From the NCBI GenBank assembly GCA_964016885.1, contig OZ024742.1, forward strand, positions 367,846,001 through 367,910,000: a stretch of 64,000 nucleotides of DNA, read 5' to 3'. Of the stretch, positions 51,519-61,216 are shown in pieces. Position 1 is the first letter of the stretch. Each line of letters begins with the position of its first letter. The DNA is from Eledone cirrhosa. Taxonomy: Eukaryota. The notes beneath the pieces were generated by a model. That model was not told the origin of the DNA and ran no database searches. It saw nothing but the letters and a program-made list of their open reading frames with translations. Made by a program: the position numbers and the translations under genes.

Positions 51519-51608
51519 TACATTATCGGAGAAAACTTTTAGCGATACCCCGGCCAAATTCCAACTCACTCAACAAACATTAGGAAATAAGTAGTATATT
51601 CCTAATTA

Positions 51609-51691
<83 letters not shown>

Positions 51692-51694
<3 letters not shown>

Positions 51695-52363
51695 GTTCAA
51701 GAGTAACCAATCTTAAAGAGAGAGATGGAGATAGGAGAGGTGAAGAGAGATTGGTGAATTAGTTAGAAGCTAAAGCGTAAAGGCATGTGCTCAATGTGCC
51801 TCGACAGAAGAATACTGCTCGACTATGGCAGACAATAGATATACCCAGGACACCATAGTGAAATACCAATATATGGAACATTACATTCATGTAACATTCT
51901 TTCCTTATTTTAATTTATATTTCTTTTGAAGTTCCGATGAGCTGCTCTAATTTTCCTAAATTAATTATTTTCAGCTGAACCAGATCAATAATGATCTATA
52001 ATCATTTGATCCAGAAATATTATATGGAGTAGCGAAACAATTGTAAACGGACATTATTACTATTATTAATATTATTATTATTATTCTCTACATTCCTTAC
52101 ATCAAACTAAAATATGTTGACAATCTTTTAATAAAGTCTTCCTTGTGAAATTTGTGGTCTTGTTTTGCTTAACTAAAGAATATTTCCAGCTCTGTGCACC
52201 TAACCTCTGCATGAACCCAGCCACCTAGCTGTCTTCCACTGCATATTACACATTGAGCACATGCCTTTACGCTTTGGCTTCTAACTAATTCAACAATCTC
52301 TCCTCTCTTCTCCTATCTCCTCTCTTATCTCCATCTCTCTCTTTAAGATTGGTTACTCTTGAA

Positions 52364-52367
<4 letters not shown>
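51692..52367. mobile_element. 676-bp element with about 110-bp inverted termini in (TA)n, containing a hammerhead motif (Penelope-like derivative or MITE)
   Basis: 51692-51798 and 52249-52367 are imperfect reverse complements (ACAGTTCAAGAGTAACCAATCTTAAAG... / ...CTTTAAGATTGGTTACTCTTGAACTGT); (TA)n on both sides. Confidence 0.8.
51931..52048 (+). ncRNA. Type I minimal hammerhead ribozyme motif with extended stem II
   Basis: GTT-CCGATGA-GCTGCTCT[77 nt]GGAGTAGC-GAAA-CAATTG-TA-AAC: stem I GTT/AAC, 8-bp stem II, palindromic stem III, GUA triplet. Confidence 0.7.
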
Positions 52368-52399
<32 letters not shown>

Positions 52400-52405
<6 letters not shown>

Positions 52406-52478
52406 ACTCTACTACCCAAAGTATCGAGTACTCTGGTGCGTTATGGACTACCTGGTTCCTTACCCCACTTCCTTCGTT
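52400..52478 (+). repeat. Interspersed repeat fragment, homologous to 54220-54297 (minus)
   Basis: TTACCCACTCTACTACCCAAAGTATCGAGTACTCTGGTGCGTTATGGACTACCTGGTTCCTTAC versus the reverse complement of 54235-54297. Confidence 0.85.
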
Positions 52479-52492
52479 ATATATATATAAAC

Positions 52493-52578
<86 letters not shown>

Positions 52579-52610
52579 GGGGGGGAGCAGACAGACAGAA
52601 AAAGATCCCG

Positions 52611-52654
52611 GGCATTCCTGATGATTTCATACGAATGAAACAGTTCTAGAAGCC
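52611..52654 (+). ncRNA. Degenerate minimal hammerhead motif
   Basis: GGCATTC-CTGATGA-TTTC ATAC GAAT-GAAA-CAGTTC-TA-GAAGCC. Core boxes are intact; the stem II closing pair and stem III are mismatched. Confidence 0.55.
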
Positions 52655-52689
52655 ATTTCTATATTAAATTTTTTATATGTATTTACCTG

Positions 52690-53257
52690 TGTGCGTGTGT
52701 CTATCTGTGTGTGTGTGTATGTGTGTGTGTGTGAGAGAGAGAGAGATTGTGTGTGTGTATGTGTATATATACTAGGGTAGATAGATAAATACATAGAGGT
52801 ATTCCCAGCTAATTAAATATATATGAGTATATATATCTATATAGACAGATAGAGACACAAATTGCTAGAATGAGAAGAGCTAAAAAAATTGGCTGTCGAA
52901 AATATATTTCGTTTGTCTGGAAAGGAAATCTGTATTCTTCATATTTTCAATATGAGTAGATCACAGTTATTGATTCTACCTTCACACACCAATAAACTCA
53001 GGTACATACACGGACAGACACACACAAACACAAGCACACACACTAGCACACATACTAGTACACACACACACACCCAAAGAAACACATAAACATACACATA
53101 TACATACATACATCGACCCAAAGTTATCCTCATTCACGTACGTATGTGTGTGTTTATATGTATGTTTATATATGTGTGGCTCTGAGTGTATGTACGTATG
53201 TTTGTGTGTACATATAAAATATGCATATATATATATATAATATATAATATATATATG

Positions 53258-53297
<40 letters not shown>

Positions 53298-53310
53298 CAT
53301 ATATATATAT

Positions 53311-53341
<31 letters not shown>

Positions 53342-53485
53342 GCATGTATATCCATATCCATATACACACTCACACACACACATATGTATAGATATAAACA
53401 AAGACATACACATATATAGACATGTACTCTCACACATATATATACACATATGCGCATGTGTATATGAGTGTCTGTATATATTTAT
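52690..53485. repeat. Compound (TG)/(CA)/(TA) microsatellite and low-complexity tract
   Basis: Directly visible. Confidence 0.85.
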
Positions 53486-53885
53486 ATGTTTTCGTTGGTT
53501 GTCTTCAATTCAGTTGCTCTACGTAACTCTATATTAATTCATATTGCAATAAACATAGAAAACTGTTTGGTTTATTATATTTCACGAGACATTGCTGATG
53601 TAATTTAATAAATATTTCTTGTTGTAGCTGCTTAAAAGTAGCTGCTGTATTGTTTAAGGTACTTTCAAATCTCTAGAGTTTGATACAAAGAAGCTGACAG
53701 TCGTAACTGAATGTGGTTTGAACCAGGAACCTCTGCAATGTACCAGTGTAGACAAGGAGTTATGTGGAAGACTAACAGTCTCCCCTTTATGTAAATATCC
53801 TCTCCCAGTGCCACTGATGTTCTTTATGAAGGTGTGGTGAAGATGGATGAGGAGTTCAACAGGTTAGGAACTCAATTAAATTCAC

Positions 53886-54066
53886 GTCAGACATGTTTTG
53901 TGTTATATAGTTACAGTCCTTTTACGATCTGAGTTCAAATCCTGCCGAGGCTAGCTTTGGCTTTCATCCCTAGGGGGTCAATAAAATAAAGTACCAGTAA
54001 TACACTGGAGTCGATTTTACCTTCTCCAAAAATTGTTGGCCCTGTGCCTAAATCAGAAACCAATAT
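53886..54066 (+). mobile_element. tRNA-derived SINE copy (5'-truncated)
   Basis: GAGTTCAAATCCTGCCGAGG...AAAATAAAGTACCAGTAATACACTGG...GGCCCTGTGCCTAAATCAGAAAC. Confidence 0.85.
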
Positions 54067-54297
54067 TTAATATTTGATAAAATTGTTATACCAATCGAAA
54101 CCGGTTATATATAATGCACAATTATAAAATTATTCATTCTGTCGGATTAAAGAAAAAATAATCTTTATATATACTTCTGTGTATTTTCACCTTCACGTCG
54201 TAACAATATATATATATAAAACATAAAAGTGTTGTAAGGAACCAGGTGGACTATAATGCACCAGTGTACTCGATACTTAGGCTAGTAGAGTGGGTAA

Positions 54298-54399
54298 TAG
54301 GAAAAGTGTCAGGACCCCAACGGCTGAGCTCCGGCCGTTTCGACAGCTAGATGCGAATTCAGTTCGGATCTAGCCGTCTGGCTCCTGACTCTTTTCCTA
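54298..54399 (-). other. Structured 102-nt element with hammerhead-like three-way topology but no CUGANGA box
   Basis: Outer stem TAGGAAAAG.GTCAGGA/TCCTGAC.CTTTTCCTA; inner GACGGCTAGAT/ATCTAGCTGTC stem followed by GAAA-CGGCCG; deleted second copy at 50615-50670. Confidence 0.6.
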
Positions 54400-54722
54400 A
54401 ATATATATAAACAGAAAAAATGAATGGAATAACAACACCCAAACAAACAATACTGACCTAAGAGAAATATTAATAAATAAATATATAAATATATACACAA
54501 GCACAATAACAACAAACACACATAAATACACACTAGTAAACTAAGATAGAATACAATAACCAAAACACAGTCACCCAAACGCGAACACACGCACCAAACA
54601 CTATACACACACGCAAACGCATGCGCAGAGACGAAAACAAAAATAAATAAATAAATAAATAGATAAAATAAAAATGGCGTAGACATTACAATACATACAA
54701 TATAGCAGGGGAAACATGATAA

Positions 54723-54766
54723 TACCACTGATGATGTTGCAGATGGGCAACGAAAGAACTTTGTTA
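54723..54766 (+). ncRNA. Minimal hammerhead motif
   Basis: TACCA-CTGATGA-T-GTTGC AGATGG GCAAC-GAAA-GAAC-TT-TGTTA: 5-bp stem II, stem I 4/5 pairs, minimal stem III. Confidence 0.55.
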
Positions 54767-55389
54767 GACTATATATATATGTTTATATCTGTATTTTTAA
54801 CCGTTGGTCAGTCAATGATAAACATTGATGGCCAAATGAATTAACTATGGAGATATAAAAGATACAGAAGCGAAAACCAACCAAACAGTGAGTGTGTTCT
54901 GTTATTATTTCTGGCAATATTATTACAACAATATGACGCTTCCCAAGTATAACAATATATGTATATACAAATGGAAGTTTAGTAAAATAGAAGTTTTGGC
55001 TGTGGCCAAGCTAACGATATTCAATAGGGAGTGTGCAGCAAACACTCGATAAGGTTGTGTCACCTTAGAGTAATAACATACGTTAGATAGTTTGACAAAT
55101 TGAAAACTGCGACTGGTGAGCCCAGCCACATGGAACCAAAGCGACGAAAAATCCAATCGGGTCTTGATAACAAACCTGGACCATCTCGATCGATATTAAG
55201 CAATATCTCCGATAGGTTTCTATGAAACCACGATCAACAATCCTACTTGCGCAGTACGCAAGTTTGTGTTATTCGATGACGAAACTGTGGACTCACGTAA
55301 TTGCTCACCACAACGAAGGCGATAAAGTGGCCAAAGTGCAAGGGGTTACTGAGAAAAGAGAAGAACAAAACAGAGAGAACATAATTCAA

Positions 55390-55860
55390 GGAGACGATTG
55401 ATATTGCTTTTATATTTGCAAATTATAGTTGCCAGGTAAGCAAGAGTCTAGAATATATTTCCGTAGGCGAGAAATGCTAAGGAATAAACTCTCAGATAGA
55501 ATTTGCTATTGTATTTAGGAATTTCCACTGTGAATAAGACCTAGCCGCCAGTCTAGAGCTCCGGTTACGCTCGTGAATATGAGACAATAACGAAGAAAGC
55601 TTATCAGAAGAATATCCATTAAAATATTTATAAGACAGGGAGGAAACATTTCAATCGTGATTGAAGCTAACATAAGTCAGGACCTATAATGTTGACTATT
55701 CGTCTTTGGATCTTATCTAGACTCTCAACGTACACGACAGAGGCACCAGACCAGCTGTGGAGACAGTACTCAATACAAGGACCAATGGTAGATTTAGAAA
55801 GATATAAGATGTTTTCAGTCGAGAAAATATTTTTGGCTTGATAGAGTGTACCAACGTTTG
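55390..55860 (-). mobile_element. Decayed CR1/Jockey-group LINE ORF2 3' fragment
   Basis: LYLSKSTIGPCIEYCLHSWSGAS...LDKIQRRIVNIIGP, then (with frameshifts) YKYFNG.SSDKL, FTVEIP, PGNYNLQ. Confidence 0.75.
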
Positions 55861-55877
55861 GGGCAGTAGGCTTGGCT

Positions 55878-56300
55878 ACCGGGGTGGATTTAATCGACTT
55901 TTCCCTCCTCAAACATTTGTTGGCCTTGTGCTTAAATCAGAAATCGGGATTGGCAGTATCGGTAGAGGGTCGAACGCCATGCTTTGACGCATAGAGTTAC
56001 GGCCCTTGCCATTCTGAGTTAACTTTGCCTTTCATCGGTACGGGGTCAATAAAATAAATACCAGTTATGCACTGGGTAATTGCTGACCTTGTGGCAAAAG
56101 TAGAAACAATTATTATACTCTAAATAGAGCGTCGGACATGCTTTGTGGCATTGAGCTACGGCCCTTTTACGTTCTGAGGTGAAATCCTGCCAAGTTTAGC
56201 TTTGACTTTCATCCTTATGTTGTTGATAAAATAAAGTACCAGTAATGTACTGGAGTAATTGCTGGCCTTGTGCCAAAAGTAGAAACAATTATTATACTCT
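55878..56300 (+). mobile_element. Three head-to-tail SINE copies (3' half, near-full, 5'-truncated)
   Basis: 3' ends CCTTGTG..AAA..AGAAA at about 55924-55944, 56087-56107 and 56266-56286; AATTATTATACTCT duplicated at 56108-56121 and 56287-56300. Confidence 0.88.
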
Positions 56301-56708
56301 GTATCTATAAAGAACGGGAAGATTTCTAATTATGTCTCACGGTAATATTTCATCTGTGTAAACAATCCTCTTCGTTTTCCTACATTGGATATCAGTCCGT
56401 TAATGGGTTCTGATATTCCAGTGTTTTCAAAGGCTTCCTCTCGTTCATTGGCGTATCAGTAATATGTAAACATACGAGAGATATACGGGCCGTTGGGAAA
56501 TCGATAATAGACTTCGACTGAAGTAAGAAATTTAAAGCTGGTGGTTATATGAGAGAAGAAAGCATAAAGTAATGGAATTCCGTCGATTTCGACGATGAGT
56601 ATTCAATTCTTTGATCAAGGGATCAGCTTGCTCATGAAAGTAACGTGTTCGTCGCTGGGCATTCTACAAACACTTGTACCATTAACGTAATTAACTAGCT
56701 GGGAATTA

Positions 56709-56824
56709 ATCCTGTGATAGGCCGGCGTCCTGTCCAGGGGAATGTTATATACACTCAGTCGCTTAACACCAAGCAAACCGGGGATAAACACCGGCTATAT
56801 CAGCCTTCGGCTTAGAACAGACTC
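56709..56824 (+). mobile_element. Fragment of a different SINE family (resembles the conserved MetaSINE-type central/3' domain)
   Basis: CCTGTGATAGGCCGGCGTCCTGTCCAGGGG...CTCAGTCGCTTAACACCAAGCAAACCGGGATAAACACCGGC resembles a widespread metazoan SINE domain; recognised from memory only. Confidence 0.45.
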
Positions 56825-56972
56825 TCATAACACCTGATGCAGCCGTAGGGGTGCTCTCCTGACATAGGGTGTGTCTTAAGTATGTTTAAACCAGGTGGAG
56901 CCCATCTCTCTCCAGGTCGGAACACCGCCGATTTCATCGAGAGAAAGAGAGAGAGAGAGAGAGAAGGAGAAC

Positions 56973-57113
56973 CGACCCCAGTGTTTAATTGATACTTTAT
57001 TTATCATCCTTGAAATTTGACCTCGGCTAGATTTGAACTCAGAAGGCAGTTAGCCGAAACAAATACCAAGATATTTTTAATTCCTCGCTCTAATATCTCT
57101 GCCACTTCACCAC
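56973..57113 (-). mobile_element. Older tRNA-derived SINE copy
   Basis: Minus strand GTGGTGAAGTGGCAGAG...CTGAGTTCAAATCTAGCCGAGGTCAAATTT...AAATAAAGTATCAATTAAACACTGGGGTCG. Confidence 0.8.
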
Positions 57114-57137
57114 TTTATTATTAATCAATAACATTCG

Positions 57138-57140
<3 letters not shown>

Positions 57141-57235
<95 letters not shown>

Positions 57236-57236
57236 A
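57141..57236. repeat. (CT)n microsatellite
   Basis: Directly visible. Confidence 0.97.
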
Positions 57237-57344
57237 TTTCTTGATTCTCTCTTAGACCTCTTCCTCTCATTCTCACAAGAATCCAGCTAAAAATGGTAAA
57301 ACACTTTTCAATTCTTAGTTCGCAGCGATATTTTACTTTGTAGG

Positions 57345-57490
57345 GAGATCGACTTTGAGATTGCACCGAGGTCAGCTTTGCTCTTCCTCCTTCTTCCGGG
57401 AGGTCTATAAAATAGTGTATCAATCAACTATTCAGATCGATATAATCGACCTTTCCATTCCCAACAAATGTCTGCCCCAACTTCTGTCAC
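57345..57490 (+). mobile_element. Highly diverged SINE copy
   Basis: CACCGAGGTCAGCTTTGCTCTTCCTCCTT...GGTCTATAAAATAG...GATCGATATAATCGAC matches the SINE body. Confidence 0.6.
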
Positions 57491-57540
57491 TATGTAAGAG
57501 ATTATCATAATCTTCTCTACCCTGTATGAAGTCAGCATTA

Positions 57541-57907
57541 TTACCACCACCACCACCACCACTACCACTACCACCACTACCACCACCACCACCACCACTA
57601 CCATCACCACCACCATCACCACCACCATCACCACCACCACCACCACAACCACCACTACCACTACCACGACCATCACCACCACCACCACAACCACCACCAC
57701 AACCACCACTACCACCACCCCCACCACTACCACCACCACCACCACCAACACAATTACCACCACCACCACCAACACCAACACCATTACCACCACCATCACC
57801 ACCACCATCACCACCACCACCATTACCACCACCACCACCACCACCATCACCACCACCACAACCAACACCATCACCACCACCACCACCACCACCACCACCA
57901 CCACCCC
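57541..57907. repeat. Degenerate (CCA)n microsatellite
   Basis: CCA/CTA/TCA/CAA triplets. Confidence 0.97.
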
Positions 57908-58149
57908 ATTACTGTAACTCCCTCCTACTCCTTATTCCCTAATCAATATCCTAATAAACTTATTATACCTGAACAAGTTGTCATGTTAACGTGGATTAAC
58001 GTGAATTTCCTATCAATTGTGAACTGATGATCGAAGTTAGATATATTAATATATAGAATCACGTGATATAGATAGAATCACGTGATGGCAGACTTAATGA
58101 AGATCTCCAGCTTGTAGAGTCGTCATTTCATCAATTCTATAATTCCATA

Positions 58150-58347
58150 TGGTGGTGGTGGTGGTGGTGGTAGTGGTGGTGATGGTTGTGGTAATGGTGG
58201 TGGTGGTGGTAGTGATGGTGATGGTGTGATGGTGATGGTGTGGTGGTGATGGTGGTAGTGATGGTGGTGATGGTGGTGATGGTGATGGTGGTGGTAGAGG
58301 TGGTTGTGGTGGTTGAGGTTGTGGTGGTGGTGATGGAAGTGGTGGTG
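58150..58347. repeat. Degenerate (TGG)n microsatellite
   Basis: TGG/TGA/TAG triplets; reverse-complement class of the preceding tract. Confidence 0.95.
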
Positions 58348-58496
58348 ACTCTGGTAATTATTTGTCACGAAATAAGGAAACTTTCGGAGGAACCACGCAA
58401 TTTTCAGATTTCCTCTGATGTTAGTGTGGTGGAGTGGGGGTTAATTTAGCGGTTGTAAGGAGACAGAGAGGAACTGGAAATTCCTTGTGGCCATTT

Positions 58497-58770
58497 TGTG
58501 TGTGTGTGTGTGTATGTGTGTGTACTTGTGTGTGTGTGTGTGTGTGTATGTGTTTATGTGTGTATGTGTATGTGTGTATGTGTGAGTGTGTATATTGTGT
58601 GTGTATGTGTGTATGTGTTTGTGAGTTTGTATGTGTATGTGTGTGTGAGTGTGTGTATATATGTGTGTGAGTGTGTATGTATGTGTGTGAGTGTGTGTAT
58701 ATATGTGTGCGAGTGTGTGTATGTATGTGTATGTGTGTATGTATGTGTATGTATGTGTCTGTGTATGTGT
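58497..58770. repeat. Degenerate (TG)n microsatellite
   Basis: Directly visible. Confidence 0.95.
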
Positions 58771-58849
58771 TGTTTGCAGTACTTTATTTCATCAAACCTT
58801 GTAAAGATGAAAGACAAAGTTAATCTCGACGAAATTTCAACTCAGGACG

Positions 58850-58961
58850 GAAGAAGAAGAAGAAGAAGAAGAAGAAGAAGAAGAAGAAGAAGAAGAAGAA
58901 GAAGAAGAAGAAGAAGAAGAAGAAGAAGAAGAAGAAGAAGAAGAAGAAGAAGAAGAAGAAG
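58850..58961. repeat. Pure (GAA)n
   Basis: Uninterrupted run. Confidence 0.98.
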
Positions 58962-58984
58962 CCAATGTATCATATAAGATTACA

Positions 58985-59245
58985 TTACGACTGTATAGTT
59001 TTAAGTGATCCATAAATAATAAATGAATGGAGTTGTTCCTATCCTTCCCTAGACTGTATCTGATTGGCACGTTTCTAAGAACACAGACAGTGGAATCATT
59101 GCAACAACAAACAGAATTGGAGATAAACAGTTTCCTTGGAAGAAGACCCGCTTTATCTTCACTTCATCAAATGTTTTTTCCAGTTGATGTCAATCCTACT
59201 TTCCATTTAGCTACTGATTTCTCTATAAGGATCTTGATGATATCT
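58985..59245 (-). mobile_element. Old R4/Dong-clade LINE RT fragment
   Basis: YSLGKDRNNSIHLLFMDHLKLYSRN aligns to GYKLGKGELTIIHLLFMDDINLFGKS of the plus-strand copy at 59828. Confidence 0.7.
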
Positions 59246-59356
59246 GATAACTAAAATTATACAAACGTTGAAGATAAAAATGCAGACATTGTCATATGAT
59301 TTCTTGTAGTCATTCTAAGCAAGGGACATATCGGTGGGTCTCTTCTCGTAGATCAA

Positions 59357-59446
59357 GAAGAAGAAGAAGAAGAAGAAGAAGAAGAAGAAGAAGAAGAAGA
59401 AGAAGAAGAAGAAGAAGAAGAAGAAGAAGAAGAAGAAGAAGAAGAA
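59357..59446. repeat. Pure (GAA)n
   Basis: Uninterrupted run. Confidence 0.98.
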
Positions 59447-59634
59447 TTTAAAAAAATAAAAAAATAAACATGTTTCATTGTAGTGTTTGAATGTACTTAG
59501 TTTTTTTGTTTGTTTGTTTTTTTGTTTTGTTTTCCTTTTTGTTTTTCAAGGCCAGTAACATCGGTTACTAGTGTTGTTGTTGTTGTTGTTGCTGCTGCTG
59601 CTGTTTTTGATTTTAGCTACGAGGCAACAAAAGC

Positions 59635-60492
59635 CTAGAGATCTTCAAGGTGGCAGATAACATCAGACAGTTGTTGAGCAAAAGTATGAAGTCCTGGGAA
59701 ACAGAGTTAACATCGGGTGGAGAATCCTTGGGAGGCGTGAAGATCAAGAGAGGTATCTTCCAGGGAGATAGTTTGTCCCTCTGCTGTTTGTCCTTGCCCT
59801 GATACCCCTGACCATTATATTGCGAAAGTGAGAGCAGGATACAAGTTGGGAAAAGGAGAGCTTACCATCATCCACCTCCTTTTCATGGACGATATTAACC
59901 TCTTTGGGAAGAGTGAGAAGGAGTTGGATGTACTTGTTGACACTGTGCGTATTTTCAGCAATGATATATGTATGGAATTTGGTATTAGTAAGTGTGGAAT
60001 CCTAGTGATGAAGAGGGGTAAATTGAGCAGAAGCAACGGAATCCAGGTACCAACAGATGAGATGATAAAGGAAATTGACACTGAAGAAGGATACAAATAT
60101 TTAGGTGTTCTGGAGGCTGATGACATCAAGAACGAAAAAATGAAAGAATTGATAAGATCTGAGTACATAAGGAGAGTAAGGAGCGTATTAAAATCACATC
60201 TGAACAGCAGGAATGCCATAAGTGCAGTGAATTCCCGAGCTGTGTCTATTATTAGGTACAGTGCGGGAATTCTGAGATGGAATGTTGCTGAACAAAAAGA
60301 AATGTATAAGAAGACTAGGAAGCTATTGACTATCTACAACATGTTCCACAAGAGGAGTGATGTCGATAGACTCTACTTAAAGAGATCTGAAGGTGGAAGA
60401 GGTCTTATCAGCATAGAGGACTGTGTTTAGATGGAGAAAAACAACCTACACAAATATGTGACTGATAGTAAGGAGCCAATACTGAAGGAGAA
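59635..60492 (+). mobile_element. R4/Dong-clade LINE reverse-transcriptase fragment (pseudogenised)
   Basis: IKRGIFQGDSLS (frameshift) LLFVLALIPL...HLLFMDDINLF...MEFGISKC...YKYLGVLEAD...RLYLKRSEGGRGLISIEDCV*. Confidence 0.85.
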
Positions 60493-60830
60493 GTTGTACT
60501 GGTTGTATTGCAGAGCTTCCAAGAGGACTTTCACACTGTAGTATCTTCTTTCAGGCAGACTGAATGAGCTAGGGGCAGTGTCGGGAACTTGTTTCCCTTG
60601 TGGAGGAGGACAGCCTTCAAACTTGTGGTGGAGCTGGCTATAAATAGCCGCCACTCCCTGGGCACAAACGGCACGGCCAATAACGTCAAACAGTCCAGGC
60701 ACGTCATGGCAGAAGCAGAGGCCATCCCTAAAAGTGTAAAAGCCTGAGAAAGGTTCGTGTCGACTTCTCTGACTTGTCACCTGCACTTCCTCCTTGACCA
60801 AGTTCCACTGCTTCATCCTGGAGACAAATG
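60493..60830 (-). mobile_element. DNA transposase fragment, probably CMC/Chapaev3-type
   Basis: KQWNLV...LCFCHDVPGLF and EWRLFIASSTTSLKAVLLHKGNKFPTLPLAHS..LKE across frameshifts, matching the EWRLFIDSSK.SLKAVLLHNGN transposase motif. Confidence 0.7.
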
Positions 60831-61216
60831 CTTAAAACACAACTTACCCTTTACTCAGGGTGCGAAAATCCAGTATCAATAAATCTCTTTAATCCACTTT
60901 TTAACAATTTTATACTTTATTGCACTTTTATAATTTTCTTTAGGTATTACTCTTTATTTTATAATTTTAATTTAACCTGAAACATATAAAAAAATCATTT
61001 AACATAAGCAAATTAAACTTACATACAACGTAAAATCCAGCATACAAATAATTCTAGTGAATAGCTTAGAATTTTACAAACCGAAACTTTTAACTGTTTA
61101 ATAGCACTTTTTTTTTTTTATTTGGGACATAAGCAACACAAGAAAAGAGATTACAAGCCAGGAACAGAGGGAAAAAAATGTTCACGGTGTAATAATAATA
61201 ACAATAATAATAATAA

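Noticed and set aside
57428-58449. Proline-rich (extensin/formin-like), poly-Val and poly-His ORFs
   Set aside because: Translations of (CCA)n/(TGG)n with no flanking domain or splice support.
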